A model generated the notes under the pieces. It made no database searches. It was not told the DNA's origin and saw only the letters and a program-made list of their open reading frames with translations. A stretch of 64,000 bases of DNA from Eledone cirrhosa. Taxonomy: Eukaryota. The stretch is from positions 362,390,001 through 362,454,000 of the forward strand of contig OZ024743.1 of the NCBI GenBank assembly GCA_964016885.1, read 5' to 3'. Made by a program: the position numbers and the translations under genes. Numbering within the stretch: the first letter of the stretch is position 1; each line of letters opens with the position of its first letter. Positions 1 to 11,663 of the stretch are shown here, piece after piece.

Positions 1-900
1 ATGCATTTTCTGCAGTTGAGGCTAACAGCTTTCGGTTGGGATGTGAGACGGGTCACGTTGAGACACCTGTTGACATAATTCAAAGCGACGTGCTGAAAAC
101 AACGACCCGCACTACAGAGACAAAAGAACGGAAGTAGACCAAACTCAAGGAGAGGGCAACAAATTGAGTCATGCGCTGCTGTTTGGATTCGGAGCAGACA
201 AAAGACCGTCGAGATATGTCGGCCAAAGGACGACACGATCCTTGAACAAGTTGAACCGCATTTGATGTTGTTTCAGTCTCAGTAAAACCCTCGTCAATTG
301 AGACGACCAGAGCCGATTCAAGTTTTCGACTCACATTAGGTTCAGATGTATAGTAAAGAACGTTGTAGATGAGAGTGTGACTGGAGACAACGGGGGTAAG
401 ATTGACCAGCAGTGCCAATTTAAGTGTTGCCAGCCTGTGTCATCGAAATTAATGTTACTAGTGAATTAGTTGCAAAGAGGAATGGTAGCATCCAGCTTAC
501 CGAAATGTCCTGTGTGGAAATGCCATGGTGCATTACGCAACAAAATAAAATTAGGTATTTGGAGTGGGTGAAGCAGTTCTTCAAGAGAAAGAACATAGGA
601 TGAGAGTCTATAAAATATGTTAATTATCCTCATCAACTAAACTCTTTTAACCTTCAGGCATTCTGGTATGGCGTTCAAGAGAATTGGAGACCCAAGAATG
701 TAGACTTCGTTCCTTGGAATAAGTTGCACCAGAACGGAACGAATATTATTTACGGCATCATTATATATACTTTCACTGTATCTTATGGTTATTACTTCTG
801 AATTGGACGAGTTAATCTTGACTTTGCAGTGTGATAGGAATAGAATGGTGTTGTAAAGGTCGTCACCGACGAACTCAACGACCACCCAGTAGCGTGTCGT
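1..900 (-). pseudogene. Degenerate CRE-clade non-LTR retrotransposon fragment (RT C-terminal half/thumb)
   Basis: Minus-strand peptides KINSSNSEVI..ILGSPILLNAIPECLK, LLRNAPW..NINFDDTGWQ and RKLLASTAENA resemble the post-RT region of CRE-like elements; many stops and frameshifts. Confidence 0.45.
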
Positions 901-1934
901 TTAGCTATCAGACATTGAATGGTTAGCGGATTATCGAAAATCAAATATATAAGTATATATAATTTGATGTTAAACAGAAGCTGCGCGATTGAATAAGGGA
1001 GTATATGAACAGGAGGTAGGTTTGGGGTTCTGATTTATTTATTAAATTAGTTCTCTGCCTATTGTCTCTGTATCTCGCTTTCTCTATTGTATACAAGTAC
1101 TATCATATCCGTCGAAAACAATTATAGCAGGCTATGTAAAAATGTTCAATCCTCGATTTTCTTTGGCCCTCTCCCTATAGTCAATACAGACACCACTATA
1201 TTTCATTTTACATTAAACTAAATCAATTCCAATGGTTTTCTTTCATATTTTCTTTAATCATTATCAAACACTAACAGAAGAACCACCCGCCTCCCGGGGC
1301 GGTTTACTGCTAGCATATGTAGTGTACATATTAATATCATACGCAAATATATATTCATATAGATATGATACGTAAATTGAAAAGTAAATTGACAATATGC
1401 ATATAAATTTGTAGGGATGTTGTTTGCTTGATTTTCCCTCCTCTCTCTTTGCCGTTATGCGTCTGCTGCCAAGCGTTGAGATTTAGATGAGAAATGTTTT
1501 CGGCGCTCCATGTTCACTGTCTCTCGGCGTGTCTCTCATGTATGTATAAATATATATGTTAGCCCTACGGTGAAATCTTAGAAATAAATATATGTTAAAA
1601 CGAAAAAGGAGAAAATGAGATTAGTGACGGAAATATAAACGTCATGATATAACGATGGAAATAGAAACGTTTATATATAATTATACATAGGCGTTATGAT
1701 ATAACGATGGAAATATTATATATAAACGACATTACGGCGAAATGTTATATGAACGCTAGCGAAAGTTGTTATTTGAAAGTTTTAACAGAAGTGAATCTTG
1801 AAATAAGCAATACATTATATATCAGATTATTTATGTTTAATCAAGTGCTAAGAAATTTAGTAGATAAATTACATAATATTCATTCATGATTTGCTCAAAA
1901 TAATCCAAGTTATTTTAATAACGTGATGTAAAAT

Positions 1935-2055
1935 AATCGTTTCTATTCTAGGCACAAGGCCAGCAAATTACCCAGTACATTACTAGTACTTTATTTTATC
2001 GACCCCGTAAGGATGAAAGGCAAAGTTAAACTGGACACGGTCTTGCAGTTCTCCA
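1935..2055. mobile_element. Octopus-type SINE fragment
   Basis: ggcacaaggccagca..tttatcgaccccgtaaggatgaaaggcaaagtt core; same family at 46880-47057 (inverted), 52230-52300 and 63768-63960. Confidence 0.65.
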
Positions 2056-2071
2056 CTCATTATATATAAGA

Positions 2072-3148
2072 CTAGCAGAGGTACCCGGTGTTGCTCGGGT
2101 ATTAAATAGCAGTTGTGTATACCATTTATGTCAATACTTCAGTGCTGCTTCGAAAACTATACTTTTACAAAATCATCGGCTTTTTCCAAAAGGCGGTTCC
2201 TGCCCCCAGGGGTCCCCTACTCAATATGTGCCAATTCTGAGAGTTCACATTCATCTGTAGGACAAACGTAGCCCATGTGTCTAGTTTTGTGAAAATCGGT
2301 TGCGAACTCCAGAAGTTATGACGTTTTGTTGCATTGCACTGCAGTGCTTCAGTCGACTCCAAGGAAGTGGTTAAAAGGGGTTATCTGCCGGGAGGCCCTA
2401 TAATCAATATCTGGAAAAATGAAAGTGCCCATCACCATCCGGAGTACATAAGTAACCTATGTCTTAAGTTTGGTGAAAATACTGTAGAAATGCATAAGGT
2501 TTATACATACGCGTGCGTGCGTGCGTGGGTGTGTGTGTGTGTGTGTGTGTTTGTAGGTGTGTATGTATTTGTGTGTACGTATGTATGTGTATGTCTCGGG
2601 GCATACGTATGTACTGGCCTAAATCTTCACTACTTACTTTTACTATTTTAATAACCTCTGTCATTTTCGCTTTCAATTTTATTTACATCATTCTTAAACT
2701 CCGGGGCTGGAAATCATTCTGTTATTTTAAATAGAATATTAGTCTAACGACTCCATTTATACCATAAACTTGGTCTTGTCTTTGCATGAAATTGTTCTTC
2801 CCGCTCCACATAACGACGTATTATCCTCGCTTTTTTCCCGTTCATTACCAGGGAACGTCTTCACGAACCAAAATATCGTCTTCCTGTTTTCGTTCGGTTG
2901 CAACGTTTCTCAAAATATTTACTTCTGCGTTCACAGATTACTCTCAGTTCAATTTGAATGGGAAATTCCTGTTTCATCGATTTTCTCCGTTACCATGGAA
3001 GCTTGTAGCTTGAAAGTCGACCTAACGCCTCCTCGGGTCATTCTGCATAACTGTTTAAATTTTCGCTGCATTCCACCAAGCCGTTTCGACGTTTATCCGA
3101 CTACACCTACATATACAACGTCCGACCACTTCCAATTTATATAGTAGA
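2072..3148 (-). mobile_element. Non-autonomous Helitron
   Basis: Minus strand starts A|TCTACTATATAAA and ends with hairpin ACCCG-agcaacac-CGGGT followed by CTAG|T; internal (GT)n; no ORF. Confidence 0.75.
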
Positions 3149-3180
3149 TATATCCACTAAATGACGATGACTTTGTTCTA

Positions 3181-3212
<32 letters not shown>

Positions 3213-3242
3213 GAAGTAACACCACAACAGTTAGTTCACCAT

Positions 3243-3285
3243 ACCGAGAACAAATGTTTCACCTTATGCGGATCCCCAGCTCCGT
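3243..3285 (-). ncRNA. Type I HHR, degenerate core (CTGGGGA), in PLE terminus 3213-3465
   Basis: acggag CTGGGGA tccgcataaggt GAAA catttg TT ctcggt; same family as 5328 and 6155. Confidence 0.5.
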
Positions 3286-3462
3286 CTGAATGAAGTCGAA
3301 CGGAAAAGGAAAAACAACCGTACGAATACGCATGCGCAGAATCTGTCACTTCTCCTGGGCGATGTAAAACCACGATCGATCGATGTCAGGGAGATAACTG
3401 CGAATGTGCGGAATAAATTATTCAAGTTATTCAGAATATTATAGTGTGTTAATGTTAGTCAA

Positions 3463-3621
<159 letters not shown>

Positions 3622-3755
3622 AAATAGCGATGTATACATGAATATATATATACAGTATATTTGGCAATATACTGTATACTTAATTAAAAACATTTTGAAG
3701 ACCTTGCGCTATTATTTTAAAGTAGTTACTTCTTTTTTCAACAAACAAAGGGAGA

Positions 3756-3801
3756 TAAGCTGACAGATCTGTTTCATACTGTTGGTAATCATCAGAGCTT
3801 A
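3756..3801 (-). ncRNA. Type I hammerhead ribozyme, canonical core
   Basis: taagct CTGATGA t-tac caaca gta-t GAAA cagatctg TC agctta: 6-bp stem I, palindromic stem III, GUC site. Confidence 0.8.
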
Positions 3802-3918
3802 GCACTCGCCGATGCTTGTTGAAAATGATAGAATTAAAATTTTCCGGCGTATCTTTCGTCGGTAACCTCGTGCCGCGTCCTCGTCAGCAGGGTTCTTCAA
3901 AACACAACAGAACCCTCT

Positions 3919-4801
3919 GTGTTCAGAGAGAGTGAGGCCGGCTGTGAGACGTGGAACCCGCTGGGACTTAGCCCAGTAGACGTCCCTCTTCCTTCACCCC
4001 CTGTTGACGTCAAGTCCCTCCAAAGCACTTGGGATGCCATCCAGTGCAGCCTGGCCTCAGACAGGCTCACGTGTCAACTCGACCAGCACCGCCTTCCTGC
4101 TTTTGTGCGGCCTCCAAACCCCACAGTGGTGCCTGGCTCAATGCCCTGCCCTCATTCTCCACTGGCACGCAGCTAGACAACAATAGCCTGCGCATCGGCG
4201 TTTCCTTGAGGCTCGACCTCTGGATCTGCAAGCCACATCAATGTCGCTGCGGATCTACCGTGGACTCTTTTGGCTTCCACCCGCTTTCCTGTCGCCACAG
4301 TGCCGGCCGCCTCCCATGCCATGCTGCCCTCAACGAGGTCATAAAGCGTGGCTTGGACGCTGCAGGCTTCCCTTCCCAGCTCTAGCCGGTGGGGCTGGAC
4401 CGAGGGACCCCAAAAGGCCAGACGGTATGAACATCTTCCCGTTCCGCGCTGGCAAACCCCTCGTCTGGGATGCTACTTGCACCGACACTTTCTGCAGCCG
4501 CAACCTGGTGCAGACTGCGACTAACCCAGGTTCTGCTGCACATCGGGCTGAGGAGGCCAAACTCCTCAAATACCAGTCGCTCTCCGACAGGTTTGCGGTT
4601 ATACCCCTGGCAGTGAAGACGTCTGGTGTCTTCGGCCCTAGGGCTACCTCCCTACTCACCACCATAGTCTCTGAGCTGGCCAGCCACAGGTGTGAACCCC
4701 GCGAGTTGGAGTGGCTTTTCCAGCGCGTCTCCCTTGCCGTCCTTCGGGGGAACGCCTTCTCCATCCCGTCCGCCGGGATTGTGGGGGGGTCCATCGCGTA
4801 A
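3919..4801 (+). pseudogene. CRE-clade non-LTR retrotransposon 3' fragment (zinc knuckle + restriction-like endonuclease)
   Basis: SGAWLNALP, CRCG..H..SC..H knuckle, RPDG..LVWDATCTD, AEEAKLLKY, FQRVSLAVLRGNA; frameshift near 4385. Confidence 0.8.
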
Positions 4802-5327
4802 CATTCCATATTTAAGTATGTTCACTGTCATATACAGTTCCATTTAAATGTGTAAGCATTTCATCTTTTATATAAAAGAGTACTGGTGGAATGTTCCAGT
4901 CAAAACCCCAATAAAATGCAGGCACAACAGACCAGATATAATGATATGGGACTGGCAAAAGAAGGTGCCTGTAATTTTACCAGCGAATGCTAGGACTCGA
5001 CTCGCCATCTGAAGTGTTTGACGACATCTTCCGCATTCTGTAGGAGAAGCTTTGAGTAAACATGGTTAGAGGGAGTGGGAATATTCTTCATAGAGTAATC
5101 CAGTTCGTACAAATCCATTCAGACGTTGGTAAGATACAAAGTTGTTTAAGACACGAGGATATAAAAAGCGCTCACAGAGTAGAAAGCCAAACTTTCACGT
5201 TGTAAAAAGTATCTGCTGGAGACGTGTATAATAGTAGAACCCTAGTGGGTTATATCCTTAGAAGTAGAGCACTCAGTCCATGGGACGAGTTTGGTAGAAG
5301 TAGTTCCATAACAGTTAGTTCACCATT

Positions 5328-5370
5328 ACCGAGAACAATAGTTTCACCTTATTCGGATCATCAACTCGGT
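5328..5370 (-). ncRNA. Type I HHR (core TTGATGA)
   Basis: accgag TTGATGA tccgaataaggt GAAA ctattg TT ctcggt. Confidence 0.6.
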
Positions 5371-6154
5371 TTAAATGAGATTGTACGGAAAAGGAAAAAC
5401 AACTGTAGTTAACAGCCGCTTCTCGCAACCAATTGCTTACTCCCTTACTAACACCAACAACAATAGGAAAAGAAATCATGCTAATAGAAAAACAATCGCC
5501 CCCCCCCCCCTTTCCATCCTTCTCACTCAACGTTAAAACAAATGTAGGCAAAAGATTGTTAGCTCTCTTAGATAGACACTTCCCCATAGGTTACAAATAC
5601 CGCTCCATCTTTAACAGACACACGGTGAAACTAGAATACTCCTGTGCTAAGAATATGAAGGCCCACATCACCAACAGCAGAGAGCCAATTAAGGAACGCT
5701 TCCTGAATCATCAGTCGACCTTCAGATACCCAGACAAACGATCGTCCACGAAGCTTGCGTACCACGTATGGTACCTCAAGGACACAGGCGTAGGTTACTC
5801 CATCCAATGAAAAATTATTACTAAGTCTAAGCCATACGGAAATGGGAATCCGGATGTGCATTGAAGAAAGAATCGATAAGCTGAAAAGATTACGTAATAG
5901 CACTTGTCTAAATTCAAGGAATGAACTTTTTTCACGTTGTCCACACGTCTATTTATTACATAAATACAAAGCTCTAGATTGACTAACATGAACACACTAT
6001 AATATTCTGAATAACTTAAATAATTTATTCCGAGCATCCACAGTTATCTCCCTACATCGATCTATCGTGGGTTTACCTCCCCCTTGGGAAGTGACTGTTT
6101 CTGAACATGCGTATTCGTACAGTTGTTTTTCCTTTTCCGTACAACCTCATTTAA

Positions 6155-6197
6155 ACCGAGCTGATAATCCGAATAAAGTGAAACATTTGATCTCGGT
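6155..6197 (+). ncRNA. Type I HHR (core CTGATAA)
   Basis: accgag CTGATAA tccgaataaagt GAAA catttgat ctcggt. Confidence 0.55.
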
Positions 6198-6222
6198 AAT
6201 GGTGAACTAACTGTTGTGGAAC

Positions 6223-6271
<49 letters not shown>

Positions 6272-6276
<5 letters not shown>

Positions 6277-6447
6277 GTGAGGGTTTTTTTACAAAATGAA
6301 AAATAACCGAGGTGTCCTACACGAGTGGAAGTATAAAGAAAAAGGGATGAAATCGAAAATGCAACTGAAGTCTTATTTTTTTTTTAAATATATATATTTA
6401 AAAAAAAATATAAGACTTCAGTTGCATTTTCGATTTCATCCCTTTTT

Positions 6448-6454
<7 letters not shown>
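6272..6454. repeat. TA-flanked fold-back PLE-like terminus
   Basis: Near-perfect palindrome 6332-6454; same family at 30795-30913 in the opposite orientation. Confidence 0.7.
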
Positions 6455-6535
<81 letters not shown>

Positions 6536-6538
<3 letters not shown>

Positions 6539-7065
6539 CTACCTGCCTGCAGTATTTTTCTCTATATTTTATTACATATATTTACCACTGCGATTCTGTG
6601 TTTTTTTCTCTCTCTCTCTTACTGCTCCCCCAGTCTCTCTGTTTCTCCCCCTCTGTCATGTCAGTTAACTCTTCCTCACACTTTCACTCACTCACTGTTT
6701 CTCTTCTCTTCATTTCATCCTGTACACCACGAAGGCTATTTTTCTCTCTTCTCAGAGGGCCAGAGTTCGTGTCAGGTCTGTTTTCTAGAAGCTCATATAT
6801 TCACCTAGCTTATGCTAAACAGAATAATTTTGAAGCTTGTTTCTTTCCCCTACGGTTAGCTATACTCTGTGTTGTTCTCCTGTCTCACTCGCTTTGCGCG
6901 TTTCAATTGTCCTAATAACTTATTTTGGTTATTATTGCACCGACGTGAGGTATATGATTTTTAATGCAATGAAATATCGATGATCGTCGGCAAATCACTG
7001 ATGAGGGACTCATTTTATTACATGTTATCCATGTGCTACCTGCAGTATTTTTCTCTATATTTTAT

Positions 7066-7075
<10 letters not shown>
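6536..7075 (+). mobile_element. About 500-bp non-coding element with terminal direct repeat, in TA/TG microsatellite
   Basis: gtgctacctg..cagtatttttctctatattttatta occurs at 6536 and again at 7033. Confidence 0.6.
6909..7009 (+). ncRNA. Candidate rearranged (non-circularly permuted) hammerhead with k-turn, copy 1
   Basis: Six helices plus AUA site, GAAA and CUGAUGA in non-standard order; covaries with 59216-59317. Confidence 0.6.
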
Positions 7076-7125
<50 letters not shown>

Positions 7126-7130
<5 letters not shown>

Positions 7131-7429
7131 CGACGTGGTTAGTCAGTCTAGTCACTACTTCTGATCAGATCCGAGAATAGCCCTTAGAAGGACTGTTATC
7201 GCGAGGCAGAGGCGAGGAACAACGATACGCGAGTTGACTCTGCCAAATGTCGACTGGCGAAGTGTTTGGAACCACACTATTTATACAAAAATAATCGTTT
7301 GATGTTTAGCCGATGTGTAGGCGTTTATTCTGGTAGGTTTTAAGGATTCTTTTGTTTCACGTTGAGGTAGCTAGCTAACAGGTAGATGGCGCTGTATATT
7401 TCGCAGATGTTATTTCCGGTGGCTGTACA
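7126..7429 (-). repeat. 3' LTR, about 190 bp shorter than the 5' LTR
   Basis: tgtagcgacgtggttagtc..ggctgtaca; adjacent minus-strand PPT ggcagggggataa. Confidence 0.9.
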
Positions 7430-8468
7430 TTATCCCCCTGCCAGATCTTTTGAACAACAAAAGAGCGAAATATCGTATAGTAATGGGCCAGTGGTGCATT
7501 TGTCATGACAATAGCCGCAGGAGGGTCCAGCACGTTGTGAAATTTTGTGATCATCGAGTACAGGACAGAGTCGATGTAGAGATGATATGGCAAGATGTGT
7601 GTGTCAGGAAGAGAAAAAAGAAATAAACTATAAAATGACTTTGACCAGATTTATGCAGGCGTGATGAATGAGCCTGTTGCAATTTGGGTTGAGCTGCCTG
7701 TGAATTGCGTGACAAAAAGTCTAACTGGGCAGTGAAGATAACCGTAATGTGTGAACTGAATGGCCGTAAGCATGCTGCCTAAAAGTAACAGTTTGCTCCA
7801 TCACATATGACTTGAGCGAATGCATGTGGTAAAAAAAAAATAGCGAGGCATTCTCGAGCTATTGAGTGACTGTGTACGTGAAAAAAGAAGGTCAATGTTT
7901 TGAGGATGCGATTTGTGAAATGCGTGATCAAAGAGAAAACATTTTGTAGTGTAAGAGTTAGAGGGACACAAATATCTATTTCTCAGTGTATGAACTAAAA
8001 GGTGAAACAAACGTGGTTTTGTAGTGTGCATGAAAAACAGGATATGTACACGCCTTGTATGTATATAAAAATTATGGCAATTACACAATCAATGTTACAG
8101 AACAAGAAAAATATAAATTTTTGCAAAACAAGAGAGTGAAGAAAAAAAAAACATGTTATACACAATAATATACACAATGTATGTTCTTTAGTGTTTGTAA
8201 TAAATAATGTTCATAATAAATAATGTTCTTCGTGACATGAGCACATGGTCACTAAAAATTACAATTGTTCAAGCAGAAAGTTCATTGTATTTGAAACTGG
8301 AAATAGTAAACACAAGAAAAATGGAAATGTTTTGCACGAAGAATGATTAAGAAATGGCGAATGATTAAGAAATGGCGAATCTCAGAGCTTGATAAACTCT
8401 TCGTCCGTCTCTTGGTTAGCTGCGATCATGTATTGCGTTCAGCTGGATTCGGGACAGGGCGTCGGCTG

Positions 8469-8861
8469 CTACGTTGTCTGATCCCTTGATATGCTGAATA
8501 TCAGTTGAATATATTGGGAGACAAAATCCAGGTGTCGGAGTTCTCTCGGTGAATGTCGATCAGGTTTGGTACGGAACGCATAAACTAATGGTTTATGGTC
8601 CGTGTAGATCACGAAATCTGATCCTTCGAGCATGTGCCGAAAATGCTTAACCGAAAGATAGGTTGCCAAGAGTTCGCGGCCAAAGGTACTGTATTTCGTT
8701 TCTGCCGGTTGCAACCGCTTAGAAAAGAAGGATAAGGGTTGCCACACGCCGTCGACATGTTGTTGTAAAACGCCTCCAACCCCCGTGTCTGATGCGTCCA
8801 CTAGCAGCGAAAGAGGAGCGCCAGACCTGGGGAAAACGAGCATGGAAGCGTTTGACAACAT
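8469..8861 (-). pseudogene. Gypsy RNase H
   Basis: LLVDASDTGVGGVLQQ, KYSTFGRELLA, IYTDHKPL. Confidence 0.9.
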
Positions 8862-8899
8862 TTCCTTCAGGCGGTTAAAAGATCTTAATTCTTCCTCGT

Positions 8900-10347
8900 T
8901 TAGAGTGATCTCTTCGTTTTATCGATGATGTGCCCGAGAAAGGACAGTGAAGGGACGCCGAGAAGGCACTTGCTGGGGTTGATGATGATACCATACTCAG
9001 CTAAACGTTGGAAAAGGAGATCTAAGTGCTTCTCGTGTTCCTGCTCGGAAGTACTTGCTACCAGCACATCGTCAATATACGCGTATACGAAGGGTAGATC
9101 GTGTAACACGGTGTCAATAAACCGCTGAAAAGTTTGTGCAGCGTTGCGCAGACCGAACGGCATTCGCATGAATTCGAATAAACCGAACGGTGTTGTGATT
9201 GCGGTCTTCGGATTGTCTGCAGGCTCCATGGGTATCGGTTATATGCACGCACCAAATCTACCTTGGAAAAGATGCGTGCGCCTTGCAGAGAGGCAGAAAA
9301 ATCGTGCAGGTGAGGTACAGGGTAATTATCGGGCACTGTAGAATTGTTAAGTGCACGATAATCCCCACATGGTCGCCAATCATTCTCGGTTTTTTTAGGA
9401 ACAAGGTGTAGGGGTGCAGACCAGTTGCTGGAGGAAGGGCGAATGATTCCGAGGTCCAGCATGTGTTGGAACACCTGCTTGGCGATTCTCAATCGGTCTG
9501 GAGGCAGTCTCCTTGGTCGAGCAGCTGTGGGTGGTCCCCTTGTCTCGATGTGGTGCGTGACACTATGCTTAATGGAACCATCCTTAAATACTGGGCGAGT
9601 GATGTCTGGGTATTTCTGGAGAATGCCGTTGTACCGCGAAGGCTCTGACTGGCAAATTACAGGGCTCACTGTGGATTGCGTGGTATATATACCTCTCACA
9701 GTGAGGTTTGTGGTGGTGTCAATAAGCCTCTGGTTCTTCATATCCACCAGAAGGTTGAAGTGGTGGAGAAAATCGGCTCCTAGGATAGGGGTCGCCAGGT
9801 CAGCCACGACGAACACCCATTGAAAACGCCGCCTCAGGCCTAAATTGAGGGTCAGGGATTTTTCCCTGAAAGTGGGAATTGACGATCGGTTCACTGCCTG
9901 CAGAAAGGACGGGGTTGGGTGTCTTTTGCCCGAGATTAGTGAAACAGGAATAACACTAACCTGGGCTCCTGTATCCACGAGGTAACGGATGCCTGTCGCT
10001 TGGTCGTTAATAAAAAATAGACGACTTTTCTTTTCAGTACCATGGGTGAACGTCGTCGCTAGGCCCTGGGTGGTATTCCGGAAAGAGCACGGGGCTTTGC
10101 ACTTAGATGGCTGTGCGCCGAAATTTGAGTGATACCAGCAGAGGTTGCCAGGCACACGATTTTGACTGGGACTTCTGGATCTTCGACTGTGAAAAGTCCT
10201 GGATCGACTGTTGCTTCGTCGCCGGTGTGTTTGAAAGGTCAAGTTCTCTACTTGATTCGAGAGGGCTTCAATTTGACCAGCCCGCTCTCTGATCATAGCC
10301 CGCAGCTCTGAACTCTCGGCCTCTGTCGTTGGTTGCGACATGTCCAT
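8900..10347 (-). pseudogene. Gypsy gag tail, protease and RT (frameshift near 9230)
   Basis: CWYH..FG..C..PC; [10 protein letters not shown]; [11 protein letters not shown]; [13 protein letters not shown]; AYIDD. Confidence 0.92.
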
Positions 10348-10382
10348 GTTGGTATTTTCTTAGGTGCTGTCTGGTTGTGCGT

Positions 10383-10404
10383 TCGACTCACGTTCGGGTC
10401 ACCA
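10383..10404 (-). promoter_or_regulatory. Primer-binding site, tRNA-Trp-like
   Basis: TGGTGACCCGAACGTGAGTCGA directly inside the 5' LTR. Confidence 0.7.
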
Positions 10405-10406
10405 AT

Positions 10407-10902
10407 TGTAGCGACGTGGTTAGTCAATCTAGTCACTACTTCTGATCAGATCCGAGAATAGCCCTTAGAAGGATTGTTATCGCATACGGTCTGATCAGAT
10501 CTGAAGATAGCCCTTAAAAGGACTGTTGTCGCATATAGCCCTTAAAAGAACTGTTGAGGATGGACAGACGAAAGCACAAATTGAAAGGACGAAGCAAGGC
10601 GAGATGTAAATTCGATCAGCTATTTATTTTCACATGAAGCGACGATACGAGGTACAAGGCGTGTGAGTGACAAACGTGGCAGAGGCGAGGAACAACGATA
10701 CGCGAGTTGACTCTGCCAAATGTCGACTGCTGAAGTGTTTGGAACCACTCTATTTATACAGAAATAATCGTTTGATGTTTAGCCGATGTGTAGGCGTTTA
10801 TTCTGGTAGGTTTTAAGGATTCTTTTGTTTCACGTTGAGGTAGCTAGCTAACAGGTAGATGGCGCTGTATATTTCACAGATCTTATTTCCGGTGGCTGTA
10901 CA
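10407..10902 (-). repeat. 5' LTR
   Basis: Matches 7126-7429 plus an extra segment carrying repeated tagcccttaaaag units. Confidence 0.9.
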
Positions 10903-10912
10903 TATATATATA

Positions 10913-11645
10913 TAAACGGAAAAAATGAAACGAAATTTCATTTCCCACTCTTAGTACTGGTGTTACTTAAATATAAGTATGTATACGTACATACATATAT
11001 GTATACAGACGTACAGTAGTATGTATATATATATACATACATGCACACATATATATATGTACGTATGGATTCACCAAACATTTATTATAATGCTCGGTGT
11101 GTTTGTAAACAAACATCCCGTATAAAGCCGCAGTGTCTAGCAACCACCGTTGCTCGTTTGTTCAACACTAACAAAGGAACGCTGTACTAGTTTCAAGCTT
11201 GTTAGCTATCGTCAGCAACGTATACCTTCCTGCCAGATTGTTGAACGTTCGAAAGTATATACTTTCATTATGCATATCAACGGCTGAGCAGCCCAATTTG
11301 CATATCGAGTGTGTTAATCGGCCGGGTGCACCGAAAACGATAAACGGAAAAAAATGAAACGAAATTTCATTTCCCACTCTTAGTATGGCTGTTACTTAAA
11401 TATAAGTATGTATACGTACATACATATATGTATACAGACGTACAGTAGTATGTATATATATATACATACATGCACACATATATATATCTACGTATGGATT
11501 CACCAAACATTTATTATAATGCTCGGTGTGTTTGTAAACAAACATACCGTATAAAGCCACAGTATCTAGCAACACCGAGCATTATAATAAATGTTTGGTG
11601 AATCCATATGTACATATATATATATATGTGTGCATGTATGTATAT
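10913..11645 (-). repeat. 428-bp tandem unit (about 1.6 copies) plus terminal fold-back, HHR-bearing
   Basis: taaacggaaaaaatgaaacg at 10913 and 11341; homologous to the 28.7-30.2 kb array. Confidence 0.8.
11179..11221 (-). ncRNA. Type I HHR
   Basis: acgttg CTGACGA t-agctaacaagct-t GAAA ctag TA cagcgt. Confidence 0.8.
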
Positions 11646-11663
11646 ATTTATTTATGTGTTTAT

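Larger units (their letters stand above)
5297..6225 (+). mobile_element. 5'-truncated Penelope-like element (Hydra-like GIY-YIG remnant) with inverted terminal copy
   Basis: IFNRHTVKLEYSC..FLNHQSTFR..STKLAYHVWYLK; 5297-5405 is an inverted copy of 6117-6224; ends in (TA)n. Confidence 0.75.
7126..10902 (-). mobile_element. Ty3/Gypsy LTR retrotransposon, internally deleted (no integrase, partial gag)
   Basis: Two TG..CA LTRs, PBS, PPT, gag tail/PR/RT/RNase H. Confidence 0.93.

Noticed and set aside
6934-6970. HDV-like P3/L3 on the minus strand (acc tcacgtc ggt)
   Set aside because: No P2, P4 or J4/2 could be found, and G-U pairs favour the + strand.
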